Origin: Squalus acanthias
Taxonomy: Eukaryota
DNA: 64,000 nucleotides
NCBI GenBank assembly: GCA_030390025.1
Contig: CM059430.1
Location: 28,830,001 to 28,894,000 of the forward strand
Direction: 5' to 3'
Part shown: positions 1 through 12,742 of the stretch, one piece after another
Layout: every line of letters starts with the position of its first letter
Numbering within the stretch: the first letter of the stretch is position 1
Made by a program: the position numbers and the translations under genes
Notes under the pieces: generated by a model
Seen by the model: only the letters and a program-made list of their open reading frames with translations
What the model was told of the DNA's origin: nothing
Database searches by the model: none

Positions 1-460
1 GTGGGAAGGAGTCAGCTGGACTTGGCAGGCGAGAAGCCCGTGGAACCGGAGGATCCCAAGCTGCATGTGCCCGAGCCCAAGAGTGGTAGCCCCTCAGATG
101 AATCTACGCTCACAGCTACCAGGGCAGCCCAGCGAGCAAGCTGGTGGTACACGTGTTTGACCAATGATAACCCCTAACCCTCATAACCCACAAATCAAAC
201 TCGCCAAATCAAGTGGCATGAGGCTGTCTCAAACAATCTTGTCATGGACTGATCCACATGGTGCTGGGAACTCGAGGAACAACATATGCAGAACCCAGTG
301 AGAACCCCAAGCAGTGTGAAACTATCTACTGAAAATGGTGTCACACCCCTTGCCTTTAGTGCGGTTGCTAACCAGACAGTTAAATTAACTATCAAATTTG
401 CTTTGATACACATTTGAAGCCCTTCTACACCCATTCAGAAGTGGTGCTGCTACTAGCTCA
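1..460 (+). mobile_element. Highly degenerate non-LTR retrotransposon 3' end, possibly Vingi/Ingi-like
   Basis: Frameshifted conceptual translation gives pieces (IKWHEAVSNNLVMD..., NPVRT...KW...CG..NQTV) resembling the LNRLRTG..KW..CxCG..QT C-terminus of Vingi-type ORFs; many stops. Confidence 0.35.
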
Positions 461-855
461 TAAAATTGAGAATATTTATAAATTACTGTTTACTCTCATT
501 GCTTTTCTCTCAATCTCGGAGAAAATCTGCAAATTGTATGTTTTAGTTTGAAAATTTCAATAACCATTTAACACAGACCTTTACTGATTTTTTTTAACCT
601 TCTTATCATCTTTGATGCTCTTACCTGCTCATTCTTCCCCCTCAATTTTTAGATGTTCAGGGTCCACTGCCACTGCCTTTTCCCACTCCCAGTCTTTGAT
701 TCTTTCTCCTGCCTTTTGACCCACTTCCAGGACCTGAGTCCCTCTCCTGTCCTCATCTTTTGGCCTTTTAACCTGCACCTGGAACCCAAATCCCATTCCG
801 GGCCCATCCTCGGGCCTTTTGGTTCATCGACCTCCAAAGTCCTGCGTCTATCCCA

Positions 856-985
856 ATAACAACAACTTGTATTTATATAGCGTCTTTAACGTAGTAAAAT
901 GCCTCACGGTGCTTCACAGGAGCCTTATCTAACAAAATTTGGCACCGAGCCACAAAAGGAGATATTCGGACAGGTGACAAAAAAG
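856..985 (-). mobile_element. L2 LINE 3' tail fragment
   Basis: Matches the 3' end of the L2 copy at 54827-56037 in reverse, including the (TTG)n tail. Confidence 0.8.
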
Positions 986-3900
986 TAATAGAGGGGTGGG
1001 TGGGCACAGTCCACACTAGTGAATGAATAAAATAATAGAGGCAGGAAGAGATCCATGTGTGCTGCCATTATTCTGCAGGTTTGTGATGATCCTGGCTTGG
1101 AGGCAGAGCGAGGCAAAGGCAACGTTAAGAGGACAGACAGGAAAATGGAGGTCAAGAGCTCAGTTCTTAGGCTTTTTGTTTTGCCTCCATGACTGGGGTC
1201 ACGTCCCCCACCTCAGTTTTTTTTCCTCACAAAAACCACAGATGTGTGCTCAGAAGAGCCGACACTTCCAGCCACAGCTGTATACCACCACTGAGCAGCA
1301 GGAAGACGTGGAGCTTAGGGTGGAGGTCCAACTGCAGAGTGAGTTTAAAACATGCTCAAGCTGCAACTTTCCACAGAGCTGCCCCCGTGAAAGAAATATC
1401 AGAAGAGATCAAAGATGTGAAGGAGATGACATGCTCATTAAAAAACAGGGAGGTCAGAAAGGTCACTGGGCGAAGGAGAAGGATGCAGAGATGGGGGAAA
1501 AGAGAGGAGAAATGGGAGAGGGAAGATTCTTGGGAAAGAGAGATGGGGAGCAGATTTCTGGAGAGACATGGGGAGAAAAATGGGGGGAAAACAAAAGCGA
1601 GGGAGACATCTAGAAATGACAGGGTTGTGAAATATTGGTTGGGGGGTGGGGGGGATGTCCCAGCCCTTTTACCTGTATTTTATGAAAGAGACAGTGAGAC
1701 GGGCATGTGAGAGAGAGATCAGTAGGGAACACACAGGCGGGGAAGAGAGAAGAAAGATGGTGAAAATAGATTATGGGCCCTATTCTCCTCATGCACAGCC
1801 AAGGTCCCTTCGGCCCTGCCCTCACTCTTGGGCCTCCAAAAATAACTCGCCTTGACATTAATGTGAACTGTCTGTGACACTGCAATCCTATAAAAGAACT
1901 GCTTTGAGTCTGCATGAAGTTGCAGACTCTGGCCACTGGGTAGTGATGTGGAGCAGATGAGGTCTTTCTCAAAGCTTTGACACTAGCTTGGATTTTTTTC
2001 ACAATCAATTTCCTCCTCAGTTAAGTTCATATTGAAGTTTTGAAGTTCAAAATTTGCTGTCTTTAATTTCATGTATATTAAAATGTAAACTTTCTATCTT
2101 TCTTGCTGTTTTCCTCTCCCCCCTGGTGTTTTATCACAAGTTCAGAACCCTGCTCTGCTACTGCCCTTTGTGCTGTTGTGCTGACTGCCACGGCTCCTAC
2201 TGGCAGCCTGGTCTGCCTCTTCTTCCCTCCTTACCTTCCCATCAGCCTCTAACCTACTGTGTGTCTGCAGCTGCTGGCCCCACCAGTTGGCCAACCCGTT
2301 CACGACCCCTGGCTGGCTCTCTGTCCATTTCCTGGTCTTTAACATACTGCCAGCTGCCCCATGGTCTGATTCCCAGCTCCACTAACCGATCGGCGAACCT
2401 GCTATCAGTCCTACTGTCGCACTTCTGTGTTGCCAGTTGACTAGCCACCCTGCCCTGGACCCCAGTGCTCCTCTCCAACCAATGTCCCCTTAAACTGCCG
2501 CTCATGACATGAATAATGTTTTTAAAGTTATGAAAGAATTAGATAATGTAGATGCAAGTAAGTTATTTCATTTGCACTGTGAGTGCAGAAGTGGACGAAA
2601 AGAACATTACAAGATGACATTTTACTAATTTGAGTTCATCCTTACAGATTACCCACCTTACTATCTGACCATTGCAATATTCCAGCATTCTCAAACAAAT
2701 GGAAGGAAGGGTGGGAAAAGACCATCATGCCCATAAAGTCCACCCCATCAAGCTATGGTACAATGATGCACATCAATGACATATCCCCTAACCATGCAAT
2801 CTCCTGGGAGATGCAAAAAAAAATCTTCAGCCAATTCAGGAAAATCTCTCGAAAATTTCTGTGAGGAACAACATTTTGTTCGAAGTGTAGAAAGCCTAGG
2901 ATCCTTTGAATTGCATCAGAGAAAAACATGCTGAGGAAAACATGCAGATAAATATTAAGGAGAACAGAGTTGTATCTGAAAAAATGGGGACTTGTGTGGC
3001 AAGTAGTAAAGGCATACTAGGTTGAAGAAGCAAGAACAAACTTGAGTCACTGGAGAGAAACAAGCCTAGGTGATAGAATGTATCATGAAATAATTTGGAC
3101 TATTAATATTTTTTATTTGGAGGCTGGGACAGAGAGGAACATGGCACTGATACTGATTTCATATAATTTGGTGCAAAATCTCCCAGATTAAAATTATTGG
3201 GTGAGATGTGCCAGTCTTCAGAAAGGCAGAAGTGGGCTCCATCGGGATTTCCAGGCCAGGGCACCAGCCTGGACCCCTGAACGTGTGGAGAGCCGCAAAT
3301 GTATAAATATTTAATGTGAAATGAGAGTTAATCTAAGGTGGGCTTCATTGGAGTGGAAAAACTTAATTAACTTGTTCACACAAAGATGGTAATGGAGGTG
3401 ATTGATGACACATTGAAAACACCACTGCCTGTTTTAATTTTCATGCATACGCAATGTAGTTGTGCAAATGTTTGAATTTGAACTAAGCTTAAGCAGTGCT
3501 TGCTGTTGCATCATTTATCTGAAAGGAAACAGACAGGATCAACTTTTCAGAATTTTACGAGCAGTCTTCAATTACCACTGAAGTCTCTCATATATTTTGT
3601 CTAATGCTGTCTCTGTTACAGTTCTATGTTTACAACCAGGTCAGAGGAGAGATATATAATTTTTTCATTTCCTGAAAGTAATTTGCAAACTAGAGTAAAA
3701 GTGGAATGAAAGCACGGTTTCTAGCCAACACTCTACTTGCAATATAAACAGTGAGGCTTTATCTTTCATTCTGCCTTTAAGTTACAAATTTCTTCTTTAC
3801 CCAAATTAACTCGTTGAAAGACCATATAAAACTAATTTCTAGGAGCCAAGGGTAAAGTAGAGTAAAGAGTTTCTGTACTTTGTGGCATTTTTGGTTTGCT

Positions 3901-4304
3901 TGTACATGAGATGGTTTTGTTTCTTGTTTATTCTCAATTAGGAGACAATTTGCTATAACTTCTGTATCATTACTTTTCCTTTTCTCATATCCTCAAATTC
4001 AAAATGTTTCAAAATTAAATAAAAATGGTGATACTTGTAATCAGTGCTTCAACTAAATTCTGAAGCAGACCCCCAAACAAACACATCAATCGATCACTTT
4101 GCCCACTTGGGTCATTTAAGATTCACGTTTTTAATATTTCGAGTAATGCAAAATTGCTGAGCTTTACCTTACAAGACACCAGCATTTTTAGGAAATGTTT
4201 CATATGCACTATCAAAAATCCGTATTCACACCTAAATAGTCACAAGAATAACACAATGATATGTAAAGAACATTTTGGGTGGCTGCTCAAAGGAATAATC
4301 TTAT

Positions 4305-5375
4305 AGGTAGAAATATAGTAGTTACAACACAGAAGCAGGCCATTCGGCTCAACAAATCTGTCAGCGTTTACCCTGCATGTGAGCAAACAGTCCTGATCAC
4401 ATTTACCAAGCCTGTTCCCATATGCATTCATCCTCTTTTCCTTCATTCACCTATCCAATTGAATTTTGAAAGTTGACATGGGGGTAATGTTAACATGGGT
4501 GAGTGGGTGGGATTGGGTGCGGGTTAAATCGGGAAAAATTCCAATCTGCCGACTTCCGGGTTTTACTGAGGTGGGACAAGGGATGGGCAGCCAACCCACT
4601 CCCAGGAGGCAGGTGGCATTCTAAATATATTAATGAAGCTTGCAGCCTTTAATTTAACTTGCTTTGCTAGTTTTACAGTGGGCGGCCGTGTTTCCCAGGC
4701 CTCGGGAAACCCGGCAGCTGAAGCAAGGCGAGGACAGCTTCAGGAACAGGTAAGTGCCTTTACAGCACTGCATGTGGGCCAGGAGGAGCAGCAGTGCTTC
4801 CCATCGGTCCTCCAAGCCCCCTGCCATCAGACACCCCCATACAAAGACCCTGGGGGTCGGGGATCGGATCCCCGCTCCCCCCCCCCCCCACCAGGCTCTG
4901 GGATCGGACCTATCTGGACCTGCGGCCTGCTCCAGAGTGCTCCCTGCCCAACTGGAAGCCAAGCCCGTCAATCAGGCTGACTTTCAGGCGGGGAACCTGT
5001 CAGGGCCAAAAGATGCACGCTGTGGAGTTAAAACTCCACAGCATGTGGGGAAACCCAGACTTCTGAGTTTCCCGTCGAAACTCCAGCCCCCCACCACCAC
5101 CCCGCCCCCAGCCTACGTAACCCGCCCAAGTAAATATCCAGGCCATAGTTTCTGCTTCAACCACTAACCCTGGAAATGAAACGCATGGCCTCACACCTCT
5201 CTGTGTAAAGAAGTTTCTCTTGCTCTCTATTCTAAATTTCTTGCATTTAATCTTGTTATCTATGGCCCCTCATTCTAGATCCCTCAACGACTGGAAACAG
5301 TCTGCTTCTGTCTACCCTGTCCCAGCTTTTCATAATTATAAACACTTCTATCTTCTAACCCCATAATCTCCTGGA
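4305..5375 (-). mobile_element. Old CR1 3' fragment interrupted by a TIR element
   Basis: CR1 tail motif aggccattcggc at ~4337; CR1-like sequence (gtgtaaagaagtttctc, tatggcccctcattct) resumes at 5145. Confidence 0.7.
4480..5144. mobile_element. GC-rich non-autonomous TIR element (MITE family A, PIF/Harbinger-group-like)
   Basis: G-rich left end and ...atccaggcc right end, short CAT/AT duplication, splits a CR1; homologous to 31141- and 57841- (shared ccgacttccggtttta, gccaacc..ctcccagg). Confidence 0.7.
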
Positions 5376-5926
5376 TCTCTTATTAATGTAATTCTTGAAC
5401 TGTCCGCGAAGAGATGAGCAAAGAGTTTCCTGGAGTGCCTGAAACATGAGCTGCCTCAACAGTCTGATTAATTTAATCCCTTTGAAAACTCCGAAAAGTG
5501 CAGTCGGTAGGCTGGCAATTAAAAGAATTATGAGGAACATATAAGGAATTGAAAGACTTATGTCTGGAGGCATATAGTTCATTTTGTTAATTTTTATATG
5601 AAAGAATAAGATGATGTGATACAACATCTGTGAAATTGCAAACAGTTAGGGATTGCATGCATTATTTGGTGAAACACATCCAATGCTAGAAATGTGTACA
5701 TTTTTAAAGATCTTCCTAGAACACAAGGACCCTGAAAATCCACAGGGGTTCTCCTGGTCTCTCTCCAAAGTTATGGCGGCAGATCTTGGAAAATCTCCAT
5801 GAAACTTCAGGGTCAAGAGCTGCTGGAGCTAAACCTCGACATCCTGCATTAAACGGGTCGACATGTAATATCGTTACTGAAACATTGCCACTCCAGTGCC
5901 TGCAGAACTCTCTCTTTGACATTGAT

Positions 5927-6050
5927 ACAAAAGCAGAATATTGCGGATGCTGATGAAAGGTTATCAGCCTGAACCGTTAACTCTGTTTCTCTCTCCACAG
6001 ACGCTGCCTGGCCTGCTGGGAATTTCCAGCATTTTCTGTTTTTGTTTCTC
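5927..6050. mobile_element. Penelope-like element terminal fragment
   Basis: Inverted-end arrangement acaaaagcagaatattgcgga...ccagcattttctgtttttgt with gttaactctgtttctctctccacaga, recognised as a short Penelope-derived repeat. Confidence 0.55.
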
Positions 6051-6171
6051 TCTTTGACACGCTGTATTGTGCAGCTTTGTTTTTTTTTCTTTTAAAGGAA
6101 AACAAACAATTCAAGAACTACCAGCATACCTTTTGTACATTTATAATTTCTGATTGTATTCCCAAATGTCA

Positions 6172-6870
6172 CATATAGTCTCCATCGCTTATATCGGGCG
6201 CATTTGTGCTAATAAGGTGGACAGTAAAACGAGCAGCACTGTTCAAACATTAATCAGAGATTTTAAAAGCACCTAATTCACCAATGAATAAAAGTAAACC
6301 AGCGTGTATGCAGTTTCACAAACTTTATTTAAGATGCACTTGCTAAAAAGTAAAAAACAGTCATTTCTACACAGCAGAGCATAAAATTGTACTGAAATTT
6401 ACAGTTTACACCTTAGCAGTCCTACTCATCTCTGATGAAGAACTCTGTACTCCACGTCTGCACTGCCTTTTTCTGGCAGTATGGAAGCCAAACTTTGTCC
6501 ACCTTTCTTAGTGTGTCGCAGTCTGACTCTATATCGGGATGCTGCTCCATAGCGTGCCACAATCTCACAATGGCAGAGCGAACATCAGCCAGCGTTACCA
6601 TAATCTCTTTACTGTTTCCATCTGGGTTGTGTTCTGCCTCACTATCATTGTCCGTGACGTTGGCTAACATGGCTCTGATCACCTCTCCTACGTTATCGGG
6701 ATCAGTTTCAGGTGGAGCGCCGTGGTCACCAAGGTGACACAGCTGAGAGAATTCTTCCTCTAACACCCGTCTGGTGCTCTCAGAGTATTCAACCTATAGA
6801 AAACTCCAGAAGCCATTTTCTAACCACTGCTCTGTACTTGTGGCATCTAAGTTAAGTTTTTCTGTGTACA
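6172..6870 (-). mobile_element. Tigger/pogo DNA transposon 3' fragment
   Basis: ORF 6422-6766 is acidic and ends KKAVQTWSTEFF, like the QxxIxxFF C-terminal motif of pogo/Tigger transposases; poly(A) signal and a TIR-like end near 6172. Confidence 0.6.
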
Positions 6871-6971
6871 CGGCCACACTGTGTTGTGGCAAGACTTCCA
6901 TCTCTGAAGCCACCCTTTAGAGGGATTAAAATCAAGCCTGCCAAGTGTTTCAGCCAACGGCTTGGCTCTTT

Positions 6972-7958
6972 GAAAGAAAGAGAAAAAAAACCCTTGCATT
7001 TATATTGCACCTTTCATGACCTCATGACGACACAAAGTGCTTTACAACCAATGAAGTACTTTTGCAGTGTAGTCACTGCTGTAGGGAAACGCGGCAGACA
7101 ATTTGCACACAGTAAGGTCCCACAAACAGCAGTGATGCTGGTTGAGGGATAAATACTAGCCAAGACACTGGGAAGAACTCCCCTGCTCTTCTCGAATAAT
7201 GCCATGGGATCTTTTATGTCCAACATTTCATCCGAAAGATGGCGTTTCCAACAATACAACAGTTTCTTAGTCCTAGATTAGGAGTTCAAAGCGGAGATTT
7301 TAACTCGCGAGCAGAAAGCAGGGGAGAGGCACCAGACTTACTGCCCAGGAGTTGCTGTGGAAAGCCTGGTCAATTTTAACGACCATGCCTCATTAGCATT
7401 TCCCCTGCCAGCTTCCCACCCGAAACAGGTGAAAATAGGCATGCAAGCTGGCTGCTGCCCTGCTAAGATCGAGCAGCCCAGAGGTCACCCGCCGGCACTC
7501 AGGTAAGTCACGGAGGGTTTCGTGGGTGAGATGGGGGAGACCCAGGATGGCAGAGGCCCATACTGTCTTTGTGCAGCACAGACAAGCACCCCTGGCTCCA
7601 CAAAGATAAGTTTTGCAACCTACCTATTCAGGCCTCTGCTTCTACTCTGGCAGGTTTTAATGGTCAAGGTGTCCATGGTGGATGCGCCAGTAGGTTGTAA
7701 AAATTGCCCTGAGGTCCTATCTGAGCAATAGGACCCAGATTTGCATATATTTATGGAGAACTTCACCTGACTCAGATGTTAAAACAGCCGCAGAGCGATA
7801 TCCGAGTGGCAAAAAGTACCGCACGGTTTTAACTCCTGTTCCACCTGGTTTCAGTTGGGTGGAGGGAGTTAAAATTTCCCTTCAAGTCTCTGGAATGGAG
7901 TTTGAACCCATCACCCTTCGACTCAGAGATGATAGTACATCCACTGAGCCAAGGCTGA
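6972..7958 (-). mobile_element. DeuSINE (SacSINE1-like), split by a MITE
   Basis: tRNA-like head at 7885-7958 (TGGCTCAGTGG / GGTTCAAACTCC on minus), Deu core gccatgggatctttta at ~7201, L2-type tail at ~6990. Confidence 0.75.
7289..7881. mobile_element. GC-rich MITE inserted in the DeuSINE
   Basis: Imperfect TIRs (ggagattttaactc / gagttaaaatttcc); TCA duplicated at 7286-7288 and 7882-7884. Confidence 0.75.
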
Positions 7959-7974
7959 GGAAAGCCTGGAGAAA

Positions 7975-8300
7975 CCGGTGCTTGAAGAGAGGAGATTGAG
8001 GGAGAATCTTATAGAAGTATGCAAGATATTATAAGGCATTAATAAGATTAATCCAGAGCACTACTTTAAACTATGCCAGAATACGAGAGCAAGGGGCATA
8101 GGTTAAAACTGGAGAAGGGAATGTTTAGGATAGATAGCAAGAAAAATATCTTCACTTCAAATGGTCTTCCATGTAGGGTAGTGAAAGCAAAAACATTAAG
8201 AGTTATTCAAGAGACAGTTAGATGATCTGATGAGTGTAGGAATGTAATTTTTAAAAATTTTGGATGGATGTGCTAAGGTTGGCCAAGCACTCAGCATCCA
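7975..8300 (+). mobile_element. Old CR1 3' fragment
   Basis: LKRGD..NLIEVCKI- and TRARGHRLKL-like remnants of the CR1 ORF2 C-terminus. Confidence 0.65.
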
Positions 8301-8359
8301 TCATATGGTCTTGAGGTTAATGTTATGAAATTTATAAAAAGGAGTACAAATGTGGGAGG

Positions 8360-9971
8360 TGTAAAATTTGCAATTATCGCGATTCGAAATAACGAGATAA
8401 AGCAGATTCGTTTCATCAGTTTTATTTCAACGAAATGCTGTCATGATTAAACAGGACACAGAAGCCTGTAAAATGGCCGCCGCGCCTCGTGGCAGAAGCT
8501 TCCAGAATTTTCAGTGGGCAGACAAGATGGCGTTCGAATAAACATTTCAGTATAAGATTGGTTAATACGCAGCAAACACTGATAAAGACAGGATGCAACC
8601 TGTCTGCATTCGACACAATAGCAAAGATATAAGTGCTGGAATCATTTTCCATGCACAAGTAAGGACCATTGTACTGGGCAATCGAAGGCCCATCCAGATA
8701 CATCAATACGCAAATTCCCCACGGCTCTACAATGAGAGAGCCATTCTCGGGTACTTACACAAGTATTCGGAGGCCCCCAAAACCCCGCCAGGGAGGCTCC
8801 TAGCCGGTTCGACAATGGGGAAAACATTAACGGGTAGTTGGCCAGTTTAAGGTGCTACCAAAACCCATTACAAACAAGAATCACCCCATACTGGGAATTT
8901 TGAGCGCCAAGATTTTACAAAGGATGAACATTAAGATTGGGCAGGAGATAAGGAAAACACAGCACTATAACTGTAGTGAACAAATGTCCATCGCTCTCTT
9001 GACTCTTGACTCTTATCTTGCTGCTGGCTGCGGAACGCTCTTATTCCTCTGATCCTCCCGGGGCTGATTCGTTTGAACTTTGGAACGAGTCACCTCGACG
9101 GAGGCCAGTAACCGGGTGCACCATCCTGAGGGTCGGTAAACGGTGTTCTGGACCCGAAGGCCCGAAGAGACGAGACGAGACGAGATGAGAAGAGAAGAAG
9201 AAGAATCCACGTGCCGCCGCGGTCAGTAAACCCCGACCGCGCCCGTAAATATAAAGACCATTTTTGAACTCTACAGGTTACTGCATGAACTGGTCAAAGA
9301 CTCTTCTTTGAATTCTACCGGCTAACTGGTGTCGGTCCAGAAAGACTTTTCTTTGAGTTCTACAGCCGGGCCCGAGCACTGTCGAGTTCTTCATGACAAC
9401 GGGGAGCCCAGCCTGCTTGCAGCAGCAGAGAAGATAAACAAGTGGGGTACAGAGACCCCTCCAAACACGTGACAGTCAGGTGTTGCAGCAAAACAAGCCG
9501 AGTGCCTCGTTTAAAATTCTCCGAAGTATCACGAGTGGTGAGCATGTTTCCTCGATCCTACAAATCTAGATTAGTGTAGGTATTAATAGGGGAGGGTGGT
9601 TTTATTAAGGATAAATATAATGTGTTCCCCCTTTTACGATGTGCCGTGCGTTCCTCATTACCCTAGACCAAGTTTTATGAATGTATGTATACTTGTACTG
9701 TCATTAATTTGTGCCTATGACATGTACTTCATGATTTTGGACGCTATGCAATAAAGATTTCCATTTCGTACTATTCAACCGGGTCTATTTGAGTTTTCTC
9801 TGCATTACTGCTCTCGCACCTAAGTCCAGTGTTAGAACCGTAAGGGCGAGTGGGTCGAACCACTCACAGGTGCTTATTGCAACAAGGCTGGCCGGAGACC
9901 AGAGCAAGCAATAGTATTAGGCAACGAAGGCCTAACCCCGCACAAGCACCTACGGACCGTAACCCCTTACA
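8360..9971 (+). mobile_element. Solo LTR (1612 bp; Gypsy or ERV type)
   Basis: TGTAA...TTACA termini; TSD GAGG at 8356-8359 and 9972-9975; TATA-like taaatataaa ~9246; AATAAA 9750-9755; CpG-rich relative to flanks. Confidence 0.85.
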
Positions 9972-9975
9972 GAGG

Positions 9976-10320
9976 CCATCGAGCTTATCCTTTCATTGAA
10001 ACTAATGACGTTCCATCAAAACATCCAACTGTCTCTTGAATTATTTACAAGGTTGCAATAGAAATACTGATGAGGGAGGTCATTCAGCCCATCTCTGCTT
10101 ATTTGCACAGAAGCATCCTAAAATCCCCTCACTGCAGCATCCAATTGTTTCTTAAATGATTCCAGGGTTTTCACTTCCACTACTCTATCTGGTAGTCACT
10201 CTTTATGTGAAGAACTTCCCGATATCAGTCCTAAATTTGCCTTTTAATAGTTTAAACTTGTCCCCTGTACTCTCATAGTTTAATTTAAAGTAATTTTCTG
10301 GATTAAATTTTTCCATACCG
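9976..10320 (-). mobile_element. Old CR1 3' fragments
   Basis: ggaggtcattcagccc tail motif and gtgaagaacttcc; similar to 38350-38640. Confidence 0.6.
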
Positions 10321-10321
10321 T

Positions 10322-11140
10322 CTTAAGTGTTCTTTTGCCTACTCTGGTGCTATTCCCAGTGCCTACAACACATCAGGTGGAAGGCTGCTGTTCACACTGA
10401 GGGCACTTGAGATGGTCGTGGTGGCCGACCTCAAGGAGCTCGGGCCTTAGAAGGCCCAGTCGCAGACTGCAGCATCTCAGCGACAGCCAGAGCAGTCTGG
10501 TTCTGTTGGCTGTCTGGCATCAACACAGGCACATGTTCAGGGGCTGTCTGGAGAAGCAGGCATGCTGAGAGAGCACAGCATGTACCTCTCCTATGGTATC
10601 ATTGCCACTCGCGTGTGGCTACGCCCAGCACTCCCACTGCTCTGCGCGAGAACAGAGTGCAGGAGTGATATGATAATCTAGAAGCCTCTATTCATGCTTT
10701 CCTTCACACTTAGAAATCTGGAACAGACGTTGGAACCCAGAGCCTGAATTACAACAGGCTAAGCTTCCACCGAAGCTGCCACTAAAGGGTTCATAACAGA
10801 GGGCCCCGCTGCAGTATTCATAGAGGTGACCACAGCCTCCATGGTTGACTGCATTGTTTCAATGCCCTGCGTGATGACCCCACACAAGTTGGAGGTGGCC
10901 TCCTTCACAATGCCCAACATTGTGTGCAGGCTCCCTGGCAGGAAGTCCAATGCATCAAGCAGTTGGCGGTGCACACACAGCAGTCTTCTTCATCACGGGA
11001 CCACGATTTGCATTTATTAGTGAGGCTCCCACCGCCAAGACCAGTGGCATTAAAATTGCAGATCGGTGTGAATGGAGCCGCTCCATTTTAACTGCTTCCC
11101 TGCTCCTTTTCCGCTGATCAGGAAGAGTTAAAATCGCCCC
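10322..11140 (-). mobile_element. Truncated TIR element with a degenerate coding remnant (Harbinger-group-like)
   Basis: Right end gagttaaaatcgcccc|tca matches the end of the 7289-7881 MITE; amphipathic ORF remnant 10759-10974. Confidence 0.45.
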
Positions 11141-12514
11141 TCAAATGTCTCATCTTGAAAGTGATCTAAGCTAAGAGACGTATATGGAATGATCCCTTGT
11201 TGACTATTCAAGGCATAAGTTGCCCTTGAAGATATTTGTTAGCACTGTGTTTGAAGTAAGCCTATAGCATATAGAGAATACAGAGCAGATTATCCTCTTC
11301 CTGCGCATGGGGGCTATTGCATCACCTGGATGTACCGAATAAAGGAAAATCAGGTAGGGTGGAGCGCATGCCCCCAACGAACCCACCCGATTTCTGTTCA
11401 TTAATTTAAATAGATGCAACATTAGCGGGCTCCCTTACGGGCCTGTGCGCCCCTCACCCAACTTTCCTGTGTTTTGTGCACACAGGTGGTGAAATAGTCC
11501 CAGGCACAGGAACTGGAAAAATCTTTCTTGATATTAGTTGAGATTTGTTCCTGCAATATTTGTAAATGAGCCAAGTGACTTTAGCAAATAAATGCGGCGT
11601 GCAATGCTGGCAGTAAAGGACGGAAACCATAATTGCCAACTTAGGAAAAGCTGGAAAGCAACTGCTTCCAAAATAGTGCACCCCTAATCCAGCATCTACC
11701 ATGAACTTTTACAACCCGATGCATCACCTGCCAATTGCCTTAGGCTCATTGCGAGGTATGGATCAGTGTCCGGATTTGTCGGGTGTTGATCAACTTTTCA
11801 CTTTGTTGATTATGACTGTGTGCAGCTATGTGCTACAGTCATAAAAACTTATTGTGTTTTGTCAATAATATAAAGTAACATCTTACAAATCATGAAATAG
11901 GGTATAGAATGTGTCCCATCTTTGCTTGCTGTGCTTGAAGAAAGTAAATGAATGATTGGTTTTCTGTCTCTTGGAACAGTCATTTCTTAAAAAACATCTG
12001 GGATTTATAAAGGAAAAAAAAATCCTTAATGTCTTCATAAATGATTCTTTCACTTCTTCAAAATGACATGCAAAAGCCAATACTATTTAAGAGGAGGATA
12101 GCAAGGATGAGGGAATCATAATGAGGCATTTGGCAAATGGAAACATGTCGTGCCATTCAAAGTTACTGCATCCAAAGTCTCAATTTCACATTGTGCTACT
12201 CAGTTTCAGCAATCACAACCTTTACCTCAAATGGCCCACTACAATATTGGCAACAGCACTGAGACAAGCCAATGGGGATGGGTGGTGCAATAAATGAAAA
12301 AAATTCACATTGATTGTGTTCTGCCAAATTTGAGGTAGAATAGACTTTGCATCTAATGACATTTAATATTTTCACCAGGTGCCAAATGAAAACACTTCAT
12401 ATTTTCAGAACTGACATCTGTCAATTATCACAAGCTGAACCATAGCTGTTCAAGCATGCGTTGACCCTAATTACCCAGGCACAAACTGTACTGGTCTTTT
12501 TATGCTCTTAGAAG

Positions 12515-12742
12515 ACGCCAGGGTCAATGTGTACCATACCTGTCCTCATCCAATGTCCACACGTACACACTTTCCAGCAGGTGCAACTAGATGGCAAACA
12601 ACTGCAGGAAGCCTGGCTGATTTTTCTTGTCCCTAGCCCATCAACAATGAGGTCAATTATAGCACCCCTCCCACTGCTCTCCTCACTACACTCCTTCCTG
12701 AGATCAGCTCAGTAATGCACAGGCCAGGAATTGAACCTATAA
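12515..12742 (-). mobile_element. LF-SINE-like element (diverged)
   Basis: Minus strand reads ggttcaattcctggcctgtgc..gctgatctcag..ggggtgctataattgacctca..gggctaggga..aaaaatcagccagg..gtgtggacattggatgaggacagg, matching the LF-SINE body as recalled. Confidence 0.7.

Noticed and set aside
1023-1710. 196-aa and 173-aa ORFs
   Set aside because: Purine-rich low-complexity sequence with no recognisable domain
3622-3639. Plus-strand 18-nt microexon (FYVYNQ)
   Set aside because: Weaker donor (gtcaga), opposite strand to the other candidates, no supporting exons; compatible with chance
8422-9545. Short ORFs inside the solo LTR
   Set aside because: No gag, pol or env motifs
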